DNA of 63,935 bases, the filler included, from Intoshia linei (taxonomy: Eukaryota; Animalia; Orthonectida): the NCBI GenBank assembly GCA_001642005.1. It is 10 parts of 10 records of this genome, joined end to end, with 100 filler letters (N's around TTAATTAATTAA, not from the genome) between each part and the next. Parts side by side here need not be neighbours in the genome. Positions count along the whole stretch, not along the records: positions 12,583 to 31,228 come from LWCA01000768.1; positions 31,329 to 34,992 come from LWCA01002057.1; positions 35,093 to 41,455 come from LWCA01001693.1; 7 more parts are not named here. One strand, 5' to 3'. The position numbers and the translations under genes are program-made. Shown here one piece after another: positions 26,021 through 39,844 of this stretch; within the stretch, counting starts at the first letter, position 1, and the number at the start of each line of letters is the position of its first letter. Under the pieces are notes generated by a model. That model saw nothing but the letters and a program-made list of their open reading frames with translations, was not told the origin of the DNA and did not search any database.

Positions 26021-29000
26021 TTAATAACGAACGTGTTTATTGATTGATAACGAATTTACCCAATGTGATACAATCCATTGAGGGTTGTTGTTGATTTTAT
26101 CTACATAATCTATCAGCTCATTTACAGTTGATTTTGCTGTTTCGTTAATTATAACTTTTTCAAAAAAGTTGTAATAATTTTTCTTTAAAAAGTTGGCGTG
26201 GTGGTTTATTTCTGATGTGTTTTCCTCCTAATAATGTTATACGTGTGCAAAAAAATGTTATTACCTTGTAGTAGGCTTCGCGAAGGTTTGGTTTGTGCGA
26301 AGAGGGTAAAATAAGTACCATAATAGGCTTCAAGTTTGAAAGGTAAAGTCGTAATATTGCCTAAAATATAGTTTATATTATTTATAAGCCCTATTAAATT
26401 GAGTATACATTAATGTGTTTAATTTAGTTTTTTTAGAAACTCAGTAAGTACTAAATACAGTTTTACAAAATAAAAACTTACTTTTTTCAATTTTTCGTAA
26501 AAAATAACTTTAAAAAATTTGATGAATTTTCAGTTTTCGCTTACAAAAATAGAAAATTAAAATCATAAAATTAATAGCTGATTTTCGACGGAAAAAGAAA
26601 ATACAATATATTATTTCCAATAATTAAATAAGTGATATTTAGAGGAAGATAATTAACATTTTTAGCTAGTTTTATCAGTTTGAATATAATGACAGGTTAA
26701 CCCACATACGTACTTTTCAATTTTTAAAAATGGCATACCCTAATGTGAATGTAATAATATATTATATTTACCTCTTCTTCAAGATTTATAACACAGTTTC
26801 GGTTGGATTTCATTACACTTTCTACCGATGAAAATGTGGTACCATAATAATGTTTATTAAATTTCCCATATTCAATAAAACAATTATCGTTTACTAAAGA
26901 CCAGAATTTATTTTTTCCGATAAAATGATAGTCAAGACCATTAATTTCATTGTTTTTTATTTTGCGAGTGGTATCTAAAATTAATTATAGAGTTTTATAA
27001 AAGATTTCAACGTTGTTGACTTTGTGGGCGCTTTAAACTTTGCTATTAGTTCTGATGTCCCTGTTCTGATTTATGATATTCGATTGATTCCAGAATTTTG
27101 GTTTGGATTGGTTTCACCAATAATTAAAATTTTTGTAATTTAAAAAATTCGATACAAATCTCGACTTTTAATACAGTTTAATGTAGTGTTTCCTAACCGT
27201 GGGACTAGACCCCAGTGGTGGGGCTTAGGAAATGTCACGAATTTATTCCAATTATGAAGACTTTAAATTAATTAAATGTTAATTTTATACAATAATGGCG
27301 TGACTTATTTATTTCGTACAAACAGCAGCTAGTTGTGTCGAGATCCGACTTTTTAATTGATTTTAAGTTTTGATGTTGTGATTTATGATAATACTCATGA
27401 TTTAAAAAATGTCGATAATTTATCCTCACTTATATAATATGCTACGCGATTTTTGTTTGTGTGTTACGCTTTATTTAAATAATTACCCGTTTTAGAATTT
27501 TATAAAGTCCACATTTCAATTACAGTTTTTTCTGGGGTATGCACAAACATAATTTCAACTTTCCAATTTCACATCTTACGAGTCAAAAACCCCAGTTGTC
27601 CTTCCTTTTGAAAATCAAACGAGTTAAAAAATTTAAAAAAATTATATCTTCAGGGCCAAAACCACAAATTATCATTCTTTTTTTAATGAAAACAGCCCTA
27701 AAATTTCAAAAATTTACAAGTTGTACAGTTGTATCCTGTTAACACACATAAAAATTTTCAATCTGAATAAGTGACGAATTCATTGTCAAAAAAGCATTTA
27801 AGTATTCATATATTTTTTTTCCGAAATATTTTATTAAAACAAAAAATGTGAAATAATTAACGGTCCGAAAATTAAAAAAAAAACTATTCTGATAGAGCTT
27901 ATTCCAGTTGATATAAATACAAAATTCAACCCCAGAAATCTACGCATTTCCGGTGAAAAATAATTTTTAATATATTATCAATCAATATTTTTCAAAAATG
28001 TGCCCTCGGCAGAGCTAGGTGCTGTTTGTACGTAGTACATAACATTTAACCTAGTGTTTTATTTGTTAACTTAGTGTCCTTGTTGGAAATCGCATTGGTT
28101 ATCAAAATTTTCCAACGTTACCTATTAATACATTACAAAAGTAGACCCCTCGTGATTGTAGAAACGGTTATATGGCCTCTAGCTCCTCTCTTTACCAATA
28201 AAAATGGAATTTTCAACCTATATTTTTGAATCTGAATTCGGGGTGGCAAGTCATTACTAAGAACTAAAAAAATTACGTGGAATAGCGGCTCCAAACTTGT
28301 TTGGATTTTTCATAATAAGAGTTTTTCTAATTTCGTGTCTTCCAATATTATGAGGACCAAATAATATAAGAGGTCTTCTTTCGGTTGGTACAGGATAGTA
28401 CTTAACAACTTGTTCATAAGGCACATTAATATCATAGTATTTAATTCCTGCAGGAGATCTAGCCAATTGGCGGCGCATGGATAACTCTATGCATGTAGAA
28501 AAATCTTCAATATTTTTTAAAGGTATATTTGTAATGGCAGTTTGTAATTTACTTTCAAGTCGACTTTTAGCAGTTTCGAAAAATTCATTAACAGGATTCA
28601 TCCTTGTAAAAGTGTTTTTCTTTTTAATTTTAGATTTTGCAAACGTATTGATCCAACGTTGCACATAAAACCGTGAATTTATTTTTAAACTTAGCCACAA
28701 ATACCTACAAAGATCGGTCATTGAACTAGGATTAGTGTCTTGATTGTTTTGTTGGTTATATGGTCGATTGTGACTTGAGTAATCTGAAATATCTGCCAAT
28801 CCGTTATTATTCATAAACGGCTCAATACAACATGCCATTCCAAAACACGGCCACCGGGAGCGAAGTTCTTGTTGATATTCTATCCTTTTGATTTCGTATT
28901 TTGCTATCTCTAGACGTCTATGAAAAGAAGCAGAAGGAATGAGTCCTGCCAGAGGTTGTGCATCTTCATCTTCCTTGAAAGCTTGCCACCAGTCTGTATT

Positions 29001-30386
29001 TTTTTCAGAATAAATATGCAAAATTTCGCCCTTATTAAAACTGATGCCCAACTCTCTACATGGGTTGTAAATATCATCAGTTGGATCATAATTGAAATTT
29101 GATTTAACTGAAATCAAATTTGATTCCGATTCCATTTGATTTACATTACACACTTCAGAATTTGGAAGGACAATCATGGTTAGTGGTCCAGAATACAAAT
29201 CCATAAAGTCAGCAACTTGATTTACTGTTTTACCTCGTAAATCTACACCATTGACTTCCAAAATTTCGTCTCCCACACGCAACAATTTGATTTTATCAGC
29301 AATTCCGCCCTTGATAATCTTTGAAACAATAATGCTGCCATCGTCGGCAGAAACGGTTAAACCCAAATAATCTGCAGACTTGTTGATTTTGATGATTTTA
29401 ATGGTATCAATTTCATCAACAACGTAATTTTCACTCTCCAATTCTTCATAATCACAGTGCGAATTTTGAAGTATATTAAGGCAATCATTATAAGCTGAAA
29501 ACAAGTGTTTTATTTTAAAATTTTTGATAGATTTTTGAATCCTGTTTACAGTATCCTTGCTTCTCGTGTTGCACTGTGAAAATAAATTAAATACATTGGT
29601 ATCGCTTATAAAAATATGAGAAAAAATTTTACTCTTGTCATTATCAAATGACGACAGAATGTTGTGCAATTTCAAAGCATTCTTAAAACTACGAGTACTG
29701 ACCAATAGATTTAGCTTGCAAAACTCATCTCTATCATCATCTGAAGAGACATATTGCTGCAAACTTTTTAAAAAATCGTAAACCTCACTTTCTTTTAATC
29801 CCAAATCATCTTTTTTCAAAGGATGCTCCGTAGTAATAAATCTTTCATTAAGTCGAAAACTGGGGTTTATATAAGATTCAACAATGTCGGGTTTATTTGT
29901 CTTTGGTTCAGTTTTCGATTTGCTTCTTTTGGAGGAATTTGTTTCCTTCATCAGTTGTCTTAATCGCTCTGAATTTCGTAATGAAGATTGTTCAGTTTCA
30001 GTTTTTGACATTTTACTTTTTCGTCGTTTTTCAACATAATTTTTGTATTTTTTAATACTGAGTAGTTGCATCTTTTTTTCTTCTTCAGTCAGTAACTGCA
30101 ATTTCTTTGATCTGTGATCAGAGTATGATTTTTTGAATTGAAACACATCTTTAAATTTATTGGTAACATGTGTAGTTTCATTTTGAAGAACTACCTGTTG
30201 CGAAGAAAACGTTTCACATTTTTCGCTTAAAATTTCCTTGTAATCTTTTTGGTCAAATCCAGCCGACAAGTCATCTATTCTATCGACACTACTCCACAAC
30301 GACTTTTGAAGGGGAACTATCGTAGCTGTCGGTGTTTCTAAATACAGTTATTTATTTTACATCTTTTTAGTACCTTTACAATTCAT
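26021..30386 (-). CDS. MPP5: MAGUK p55 family PDZ-SH3-GK protein (PALS1/stardust-like)
   Basis: PDZ (YLGLTV..GGIADK..LRVGDEILEVNG), SH3 (FNYDPTDDIYNPCRELGISF..WWQA), GK (RRPLILFGPHNIGRHE|DTTR..YGT..PQWI..W). Short first exon 30374-30386 and 3' exons ending at 26021. Confidence 0.85.
27423..28054 (+). mobile_element. Internally deleted Helitron family A (632 bp) in an MPP5 intron
   Basis: A|TC start, hairpin, CTAG|T end; cargo region absent. Confidence 0.88.
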
Positions 30387-30699
30387 TTTTGCTTAGAAAA
30401 TATGTAATCATTGATATGCTTAATGATGTGAAACATTTATTCTAATCTTGGTAACAGACGTTCACAAATGTAATTATGTTGATATAGAAATTTGTCATAT
30501 CTACTACAAATGTGTTTACTTGCTCAACGAATCCAGTCAAAGCTTAAATGTTGAAAGATGGATCGTTAATACAACATAATATTAAATTACTATAAATATT
30601 ATTGCTACAGTTACACTGTACTAGTCTTAGTTCATTTTATAATTTTATATAATCCAGTCAAATAAAAATTTATTATGTGTTCTTATACAATGTTAATAC

Positions 30700-31228
30700 A
30701 TTTTGTATAAAGAATTAGGCCGAAAGGAACCTATGGTGTTAACTTTTTTTTTAAATTTTTTTTTTTAATAATAATAATTTATTAAATGCAGGAAGCTTAT
30801 AACTGATTATGTCATTGTAGTTTATAATTATACATTAGTTTTTGAAGTGTTTTGTTGAGTAATTTTTTGAAAATTGGTGCGTGGGACGCGGTGACAATTG
30901 AAGTGGGAAGCCTATTCCAGTAATTTACAATCCTATTAAAAAATTGATTTCGATTGATGTCTGTATTGCATGTTTTTGAAAATTTTCCTGATGTTGGATC
31001 TTGTTTTTGTTTGGATAATTTTAATTTTGTTACGGTTGATAAATTTGTAAGTCAGGCGAAGATCCAGCATATCCCTACGGCTTTTAAGGCTTAGTAGAGG
31101 TGAATGTAAGGGTGATAGACGACATAGGAAGAACCGTTGAGCTGATTTCAGTTTGTTTATATTGATTATTGATATAGGATTCCATAATTGGGTGGCATAT
31201 TCCAGCTTAGGCAACACAAAAGTTGTAT
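30700..31228 (-). mobile_element. Non-LTR retrotransposon (CR1/L2-like) 3' end
   Basis: LPKLEYATQLWNP...KLKSAQR...LKSRRDMLDL, then a frameshifted FNRIVNYWNRLP. Confidence 0.8.
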
Positions 31229-31328
31229 NNNNNNNNNNNNNNNNNNNNNNNNNNNNNNNNNNNNNNNNNNNNTTAATTAATTAANNNNNNNNNNNNNNNN
31301 NNNNNNNNNNNNNNNNNNNNNNNNNNNN

Positions 31329-31555
31329 AAAAAATGTGCATTGAACGTCTACACATTTCCAATAAAGAAATATGAATGAAAACCTATATAATTCATTCTT
31401 TCTCAATTTTTTTAATTACTACGCCATTTTTAAATCTCAAATGGTAATTTCCAAAACATTTTATTTAAAATTTAAATTAAAACTACAACAACGATTACTA
31501 AAAGTAATACAACTTTGTTATTATCATTTTTATATTTATTACAATCCTTTATAAC
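31329..31555 (+). mobile_element. Helitron family A internal fragment in an EME1 intron
   Basis: Matches the family internal sequence. Confidence 0.75.
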
Positions 31556-31570
31556 ATTGCATTAAAATTT

Positions 31571-32783
31571 ACTTCGACAAGATGAGCACATGTAGGGTAT
31601 AATATAGAAATTGCAGTAGCGATTTCTTCCGAAACGTTATTCAAACACGATAATTGTTTTTTCCATACCATAGATCTGGAATATAAATCTTTTCCAGCTT
31701 TACATGAACCATTATATACAGACAAACAAAAATCAAAATTTAATTGTCCAATTTTTCTAAAAATAAAAAAATGTATAAACAATGTTTCTTGGCTTCAAAA
31801 CAGTTTACAGTAAAAAAAGTAAATTTTAATGGAGTAAACTTTACTCCCTCGATATCGTCACACATATTTATAATTTATAATATACATTTACTTGTATTTT
31901 TGAGATACACTCTTTATGAATTTTTCAAATATGCCATCAAAATTAAGAACATTCCAATAATTCACTCGATAATGACATTTTAAAAACATTATTTTCTACA
32001 CATACGATTTAGCAATAAATAACTAGATGCAATTTAAATTACATTAAAAAACAACTTTGTAATTTTATTAATTTTTCGCATTTTAGATTTATCTTCCAAT
32101 GTTCCAAATTTCTCTATAACAATCTTTCTATAAATATATAAAATGAATCTCAAAAAATTCCATAAATAAAACTATTTATAATTACTTTAATATTGAATTT
32201 AAATCAATTGTAACAAAGCTGAAGGATTCAACATTGAATTTTTTGAAAAAATTTTTTATATATTCAAATCCACTTTTAGAATCCAAAATAATATTTACGT
32301 TTTCAATGGACCCAATAATTAAAATACATTCATTAGTCTAAATTACTTTTATACATTTTTTTTAAAAAAATTGTAAACTGAAAAAATCCAGCTTTAAGCC
32401 CACCTTATCCACTGAATCTAATAATACAATAATTTCAATGAAATTAAAATTATTTTCTAAATGTCAACTTAATTTTTAGGGTAGTTCGACCTAGACGTCA
32501 CTGCGGCCGACGATAAAAGTTGAAATTTTTATAAAAGTCAATTTACAATTTAATTATAATTACCAAAGTGCCATTTTTATTTAAATTTATTGAAATGCTG
32601 CTATTAAAATCCAGGTTTGAATAAGAGTAAGGCAAATTAAGTCGTTCGATATTACTAACAATGTTCAAAGTGGAAAGTTTTAATGAATTATCCAAAATTA
32701 AATAAATATTCTAAACTTTCAATGAAAAATTTAACAAACATTTATTAGTATCACTGAAAGGTTACCTTATATTTTAATGTCAT
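31571..32783 (-). CDS. EME1: Crossover junction endonuclease EME1 (3' end lost at gap)
   Basis: MTLKYK|NIYLILDNSL... and FDFCLS...VWKKQLSCLNNVSEEIATAISILYPTCAHLV resemble EME1 [30 protein letters not shown]. Confidence 0.75.
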
Positions 32784-33081
32784 TTTAATTGGCCATCGAG
32801 AATAAAATTTACATAAAATTGTTATTAAAAAATAGTGATATAAAATAAAAGGCAACTTTATTTTGTGTAAGGATTGAAATATTGCACATTTCCTAAATAA
32901 AACGTAATTTGTTATATTGTTCCCACGTTCATGAACTGTATGTTGAAAATGTTACTTTTTAAGTACTTGTCTGCCAAACCGCAAACCAACACTTTACAAC
33001 TGCTAAAAGTAAAGGTACAATAGAAAAAATACATGACATCATATCATTGATATATAGGATTTAATATCAATAAATAAACAA

Positions 33082-33722
33082 TTAATCTTCAATTTCAAAG
33101 GTATAATGTTTTTCGCCTTTAAATGGAAACTGCTGAGGCAAGTACGGTTTCCCAAATTTAAGAAATTGAGTTGAAAAAAAGATCAAAAACGCAATGAGGG
33201 GTGGAAGGACAATAGATAAAATTCCATAGACATTAGCATATTTTTTACTTTTATGTTTAAGGTACCAATCCGGTTGAAATATATGGTCCAAATCGGACCA
33301 TCTAAATTTAATGAAAATTAAAAATTCACACTAACAAACTGATGATGCAATGGGTCGTTAAAATTGATTCTAAATCTAGGACAATCCCAATCTTCATATG
33401 GATCTTTTTCCAAATAAGGTACATCTGGTACTTTTGGATAATCTCCAAGTGGCAAATCTGGGTCAATTAATTTGTAATCTTCTGGTAATAGTCCATATTT
33501 TTTTGCTGCAATTAAATGCTCTTCTTTAGTAATGGGTCTTGGACCAGGCTTTATATCTTTATTCCATACAGCCATCCTCCTAAATATGCTACCAATTACA
33601 ATTATCTATTACGAATAGAAATCAAATGTGAGGTTTAAAGTGTCATTATAACACGGCGTCTTTTAGTATTATAAACTCACATTGAAATGATTAATAATGT
33701 TTTGAAATTTTAATAATGGCAT
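33082..33722 (-). CDS. NDUFB8: NADH dehydrogenase 1 beta subcomplex subunit 8 (ASHI)
   Basis: WNKDIKPGPRP..AAKKYGLLPEDY..GDYPKVP..DPYEDWD..RINFNDPLH, TM helix, KPYLPQQFP..HYTFE. First exon is tentative. Confidence 0.9.
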
Positions 33723-34389
33723 GGATTAAAACTTGTAAAATATATCCGACGCATAAATAAAAAAAATTATATCTTTTTTAAGATATGTAATTTCGTTAAA
33801 GATAAAAAGACACCGGCAAAATGTAGACAACAATTCGATTATATTATATGGATGTTGAATTTACCTTGAATTTTGGACAATTATCTTTCTCAACATTTTG
33901 TTCAGTAACTTATATTCATTTGATCATTACGTATCCTTGACTAATCGTTATATAAACAATGTTATGCAATGCTACTATTTAATGTATTTTATCCATTACG
34001 AGACTTCATTTTTAGAAATGTTTACAATAATTTTCTTAAAATTTTCATATCATTAAAACTTAAATTTCAAAAAGTAAAAACCAAACTATTTCATAAAATT
34101 ATTTCGAAAGATTATTGAAAGTGTCACTAATAAAATACAATACTTTAAATTTTCACGTTAAATCTAAAATAAAATAAATAATAAATAAATGTAATAATTC
34201 TCAGATATTGTTCACTTTTTTTCAATCGCCACTAGACATTCTCACCGCCCCTGAGACCATATCGAAAACTTTTTAATCTATTTAATTAAAAAATTTATTT
34301 AAAATTATTTTGGATATCGTCCGTCCGATACTATGACTAACACTTCATGATTCATAAATTATAAATATTTCCAAAAATAAATTTAACTT

Positions 34390-34992
34390 AGTGTAGCATA
34401 CTTATAGCACCTAAGAATTTAAGAGTAAAGTTGAAGGCACATTTAGAAGAAATGTTGAGGTTTAGTGTTATTGAGCCGTCTTATTGTAGTTGGAGGTCAC
34501 CATGTTTTTTGGTACCTAAAAACAACGGTAAGATAGATTTGTAGTTGATTTTAGAGAGTTGACTAAAGTTGATTCGTATCCTACTCCCAATCCAGGAGAG
34601 ATGTTTGATTTGTTGAAAGGTGGTTCGGTGTTTAGTACATTAGACTTGTCAAAGTGGTTTTGGCAAGTACCGTTGAAAAAAGATCGTTGACTGCATTTGC
34701 AACGAATGCATTAGGGTTGAGCAATAAGTTGTTTCAGTTTAAAGTGTTGCCGTTTGGGTTAAATAACGGACCTGTGACATGTCAAAGGTTGAGTGATACG
34801 GTTTTGGCGGGTTTATCGTGTGTAGTTGCTTATTTAGACAATATAATAATTTTTTCTAAATCAGAAGTTGATTATGTTAAGGACGTTAAAGTTGTTTTGC
34901 AAAGGTTGAAACGTCATGGATTGACTGTAAATCCGGCGAAATGTCAAATTGGGTTGAAATCAATTAAGGTGTTAGGTCATATAATTGATTCA
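34390..34992 (+). mobile_element. Ty3/Gypsy reverse transcriptase relic
   Basis: IEPS..WRSPCFLVPK, LPFGLNNGP, YLDN (YxDD broken), VNPAKC..LGH, with frameshifts. Confidence 0.88.
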
Positions 34993-35703
34993 NNNNNNNN
35001 NNNNNNNNNNNNNNNNNNNNNNNNNNNNNNNNNNNNTTAATTAATTAANNNNNNNNNNNNNNNNNNNNNNNNNNNNNNNNNNNNNNNNNNNNGACGAAGT
35101 GTGTGTTTTTATACAAGCCTTTGCAATATCCTGACAATACAGTTTTTGTCCCGATTTTTTCCCCGGCACAATCACTAATTGTGGAATTCTTAATTATTGA
35201 AATAAACGATAACACACAGACAGACAAACAGTCAAACAAAGAATTGTATACCCCTTTTTTTAATACAAAAATGTTAACGTGAAAATTGATTCCGTTATAG
35301 TGTGGAATTCTGTTAATATAAGTTTCTTTAATTTGGACTTATACTGTATTTTCAAATATTTATTCAATATTAGTCGAATAAAGCTGAAGGAAGACCGAAC
35401 GAAAATATTAACAATAAAGGACAAGTATTATTATTTTTTTATCAAGTTCTAATTTATTAAATTATCTTACCACAGGATAAATGCGTTTTCTAACCAACAT
35501 GCCGCATGAAATTTTTTTATATTTTGACAGCAGGGTGATTAAGTGAAAGGGTAGAGTTAAATATTTAAAAATTTTATTTTTTGTATGGATACTGATCTAC
35601 ATCATTTCTGTGCTTGTCTAACTGTTATTAAATGGATAAATAAGAACATATCGTGTCATAATTTATAGATTGACACCAAATAATAAAATTACGGGATACG
35701 AGC

Positions 35704-35965
35704 AGGGCCGTGGAGAGCCACCAGTGGGCCCGGGCCATGATGGAAATTGTAAGCCTATAAACATTTTTAAAAAATGAGACCTCTACAAATTGCTTAATCG
35801 ATCGTTCATTATCTAAAAATTTAAAATTACCGTTGGAAGTCGCATTGGTTATCGTAATTTTAATATAATTAAGAAATTTTCTAACATTACCTAATAATAA
35901 ATTAAAAAAGTAGACCCTCATGATTGTAGGCCTGGGACATATGGCCCCTATCCCTCTTTCCACTG
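35704..35965. mobile_element. hAT-type MITE (CAGGGCCGTGGAGAG end); relatives at 42261-42540 and 28075-28195
   Basis: Three homologous copies sharing aaagtagacccc.catgattgta and ccct.tct ends. Confidence 0.6.
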
Positions 35966-36287
35966 TCATATGTACGAGTCAGAAAATATAGGTTCGTGTA
36001 TCGCTTCATAACATGGATTCAATGGACTACTTAAATTACATTTATTACGTATTATTAAAGAAAATTTATACAAAAATGCATTGTAAATTTTAAATCCAAT
36101 TTTGTGGTAAAATGGTGTAGTTTAAATTACGAATAAACCTATTATCAACAATATGCCGTTTTTGTAAATTTCGTTTAATATTGATTTCTTCAAATTCGCA
36201 CTTTGAAATGTAAATTATAAAATTATAACCTATATTTAGTTTACATTCATTATTTTAAATTAAAATTGAATAATAATGTATTCATAG

Positions 36288-38208
36288 ACGAATACATATG
36301 ACGAAGAATATAGAGATTATATAAACCGAGTGGTAAGTCAATAATGTTCACATTTATAATTTTTTAAAGTCACAAAAAGGTCCAAGGACGACATATACTC
36401 CTAAAAGAGAAAAAGGAACGACTCAAAGAGTAAATATATTAATTTCAGTTTAATATTAATAGTAATTATACGATTAATAATAATTTAGCCACCTACCAAA
36501 GGATGCGATTGTCTTGATGTAATTATATTAGGCATTAAATCCAATTTAATTTGATGTGAATTGAGCGGTGCATGTTAGAAATAAGTTTAGAAACAACCCT
36601 TCACCCGAAATTAATAATTAAAAAAATCATTATGTATTACAGGTATTTTAAATTTTCTGAAATTAATAATTTTTATGACGATTTTTTAGAGTGTAACAAT
36701 AATTTGATTTTTTTAAATACCATAAACTCATTATCTAATAAATTGAGAATACCCTCGCCAGATCTAGCTGTTGTTTTTACGAATTACAAATCATATCAAA
36801 TTAATATCAATCTTATTATAATATATTTATATTTAATAGGGTGCTAAGGGCTCACTAGGAAAACAGGTATGAGTTTTAATATACTTTTTAATTATTTTTA
36901 GGGTAAACCCGGATCAATAGGCAGCAAGGTTATATGATTATATAAAATACATTTCACAGAGTTTACATCAAATATTTTCAAATTTAAAGTGGTTAAGGAG
37001 ACGTTTCTAGTGTCGTAAACTACATTATTCATCATCTATATACGTGGCCACCAAACTACGGCCAGAAATTGAATTTTATCCCCCGCGAATTACAAATCTA
37101 TTACAAAATACATCGGTGATAACTTACAAATTATCATATATCATCGACTTAGATTTTAAATTTATACTATCGCATTGTGATTTCTAGATCTTGAGAAACT
37201 TATTAATTCATTACTTGAATTTTAAATCGTAATTTAAATACCGTCATGTATATTTTCCATATACATGTATACATTCCATGTATATGGCCCACGGATTTTT
37301 TTAGTTATTCCGGCCTTCATGTCAAATCTTTTGTTGGTTACTGATCTATATCATGGGTTTTTAACCGTTTTCTATTTAGCACCCCAAAAATGTAATATTA
37401 TAAAAACGGTAACAAAAACTTGCTACATAAAATGACTAAAAAAACTGTAAATTTGAAAATTGTAAATTAGAAAAACTTTGAACCTAAAAAACACTGTGGT
37501 TTGTCGGATTTATCCATATCATTTATTTTAGTGGATCCATAACGAATATAATCATCACTCTATTTCCTTTTTTTAACATAAATTAAATTGTATGTTGATA
37601 TTTACATATTAAAATATTTAATATATAAAAATGTTAAATTAATAAATTTTATTTTAGAAACGTCATTCGAGTTTAAAAAATATAGTCGTAAAATAATTTT
37701 TATTCAAAACTTTTCTGGTTCCCCTTCCCCCAAAAAACTGGTTTGACATCCCCTGGGTGCCGGCATCCAAATTTAAAAACCTATGATCTATATTGAAAGA
37801 AAATTTAGAATAATTTTTAAATAATTAATTACAAATCAATTTAACTCCAATTTAACACTATTGCAAAATTTGTAAAAAATAAAAATAATTATCTCAAGTC
37901 CTCTGATAAAAAAACACTAAATTAACTTTGAAATAAAAAATTTCTTGTTTCAAAATTATAAGTGTATAAAATGAAAAATGTGCCTTATTGATTCGGTAAT
38001 AATTATTGTTTGATAACTTCTTTTTACTGATATATACTCTGTAAATGTAGCATACTACAGATATATAATTACATGATAAGCAAATTATAAAAATTAATAT
38101 ATAATTTTAAACATAGGGTGAAAAAGGAGAAAAAGGTTCTATTGTAAGTATAAATTGGATTCATTTTATTTTAATTTATAGGATGAAATTACAAAAAATG
38201 GAGAAAAG
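36288..38208 (+). CDS. Collagen-like gene, N-terminal microexons (type IV 7S-like CxC followed by Gly-X-Y)
   Basis: Phase-0 exons: PPTKGCDCLD (36489-36518), GAKGSLGKQ (36840-36866), GKPGSIGSK (36902-36928), GEKGEKGSI (38117-38143), DEITKNGEK (38182-38208). Confidence 0.65.
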
Positions 38209-39208
38209 GTGAATTTATAATGCAGTTATAATTTATATCGTATGGATAATAGCGGTGTTGAACCTATCCCCCCCCCTCCCCAAAACTCCTCTTCGGGCCT
38301 TATTTTTCCAAATTGAGTATTAAAAAAATACATTTTTAAATATAATAACTAATATTTTGTGTATTAAATTTAAAATTTCAAGTCAAGAGTATTGGATAGG
38401 TGGCTAGGGCTATATAACACTACGTATCGTTTAAAAACTGACGTCCATTTTCTAGCGCAGTGGTTCTCAACCTTTTTTTATAATTTCTCCGTTTACGAAT
38501 GTTTTTTAAATTCCTCCTCCCATCATTTTTTCATTAATCACCAAATTTTAACATATTTATATGTCGTAATTTTAGTATGTCTGAAAATTATCCATATTAC
38601 AGTCACTAATCCTATTGTAACGTTAAATATTTTAATTCCCTTCAGACTGATCCATTAGAACAAATTTTGTTATTAATACTACATATAATATACTATATGT
38701 AATATTCATTTACATAGTAGTTATAACCAAATCTTGGAACCAAAATTATCTTCAGTCACTAAAAATTGGATAAAAAAAAACTTCCCTTAAAAACCCTACC
38801 GAATCTTGTAACCAAAATTATGTTCAAAATCTTTAAAATTGATTGAAAAAACTTCCCTAAGAGAAACCCATAAAAATTTCGTCAAAAAATCATTAAAATT
38901 ATTAATTACTAAATCTGTGATTAAGCCGCTCAAATGAATTTCGCCAAAAATCGAACTAATTTTTCATTTTCTGGTGGACTCGAGCTAGGAAGGTTTAGCT
39001 CTGTAAAATATTCACCTCTCTTACTTGTATACTAATTATGTATGTTTAATATCATAATTAATTGTTTAAAAAAAGAATAGATACAAGCAAAGTGATTCAT
39101 ACCTCTTAAAAAACATTTTGAGTGATTTTGAGGTGACTACGCCATTATAATCTACAAAAATTACATATTATTAATAATTAAGTCAGGGTAGTGTATATTA
39201 TAGTATAC

Positions 39209-39756
39209 TAGCTTGGCAGTTTTGTACTACGTACAAACAGCACCTAGCTCTGCCGAAAGCACTCTTTTATTATACCAAAAAAATAAATTCATGTNGGAAT
39301 AAGTTCTATCAGAATAATTTTTTTTTTAATTTTCGGACCGTTAATTATTTTAAATTTTTTGTTTTAATAAAATATTTCGAAAAAAAATATGAATACTAAA
39401 ATGCTTTTTTGAACGTGAAGTCGTCACTTATTCGAATTACATTTTTTTGTGTGTGTAAACAGGATACAACTGTACCACCTGTAATTTTTGTAAATTCTAG
39501 GCCTGTTTTCATAAAAAAAGGGTAATTTGGGGTTTTGGCCCTGAAGATATAATTTTTTTAATTCTCCAACTGGTTTGATTTTCAAAAAAAGGATAATTGG
39601 GGTTTTTGACCCGTAAGATGTGAGTTTGGGAGGTTGAAATTTATTTTGCTAACACCCCGGAAAAAACTGTAATTGAAATGTGAACTTTATGAAATTTTAA
39701 GACTGGTAGTTATTAAAATAAATGGGATCACACACACAAATATTGCTTAGCATATG
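39209..39756 (-). mobile_element. Helitron family A (3' end and 5' half joined at a single N, 39295); another 3' end at 41388-41455
   Basis: CTAG end with hairpin and family 5' half. Confidence 0.8.
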
Positions 39757-39844
39757 ATTATTTATTATTTATATATATTATTTTATTAATTGTAAATGTT
39801 TTGGTAATTTTTAGTGTTTAATTTGATAATGTTAATTTTACTAG

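Noticed and set aside
26995-27145. Open coding-like stretch in an MPP5 intron
   Set aside because: No start, splice support or recognisable homology.
16567-27742. Short ORFs at 16567, 20884, 23168 and 27539
   Set aside because: Chance ORFs within Helitron copies, not conserved between copies.
33660-33680. Possible 21-nt ultra-short intron in NDUFB8
   Set aside because: A downstream acceptor gives an in-frame ~75-nt intron, so the tiny intron is not required.
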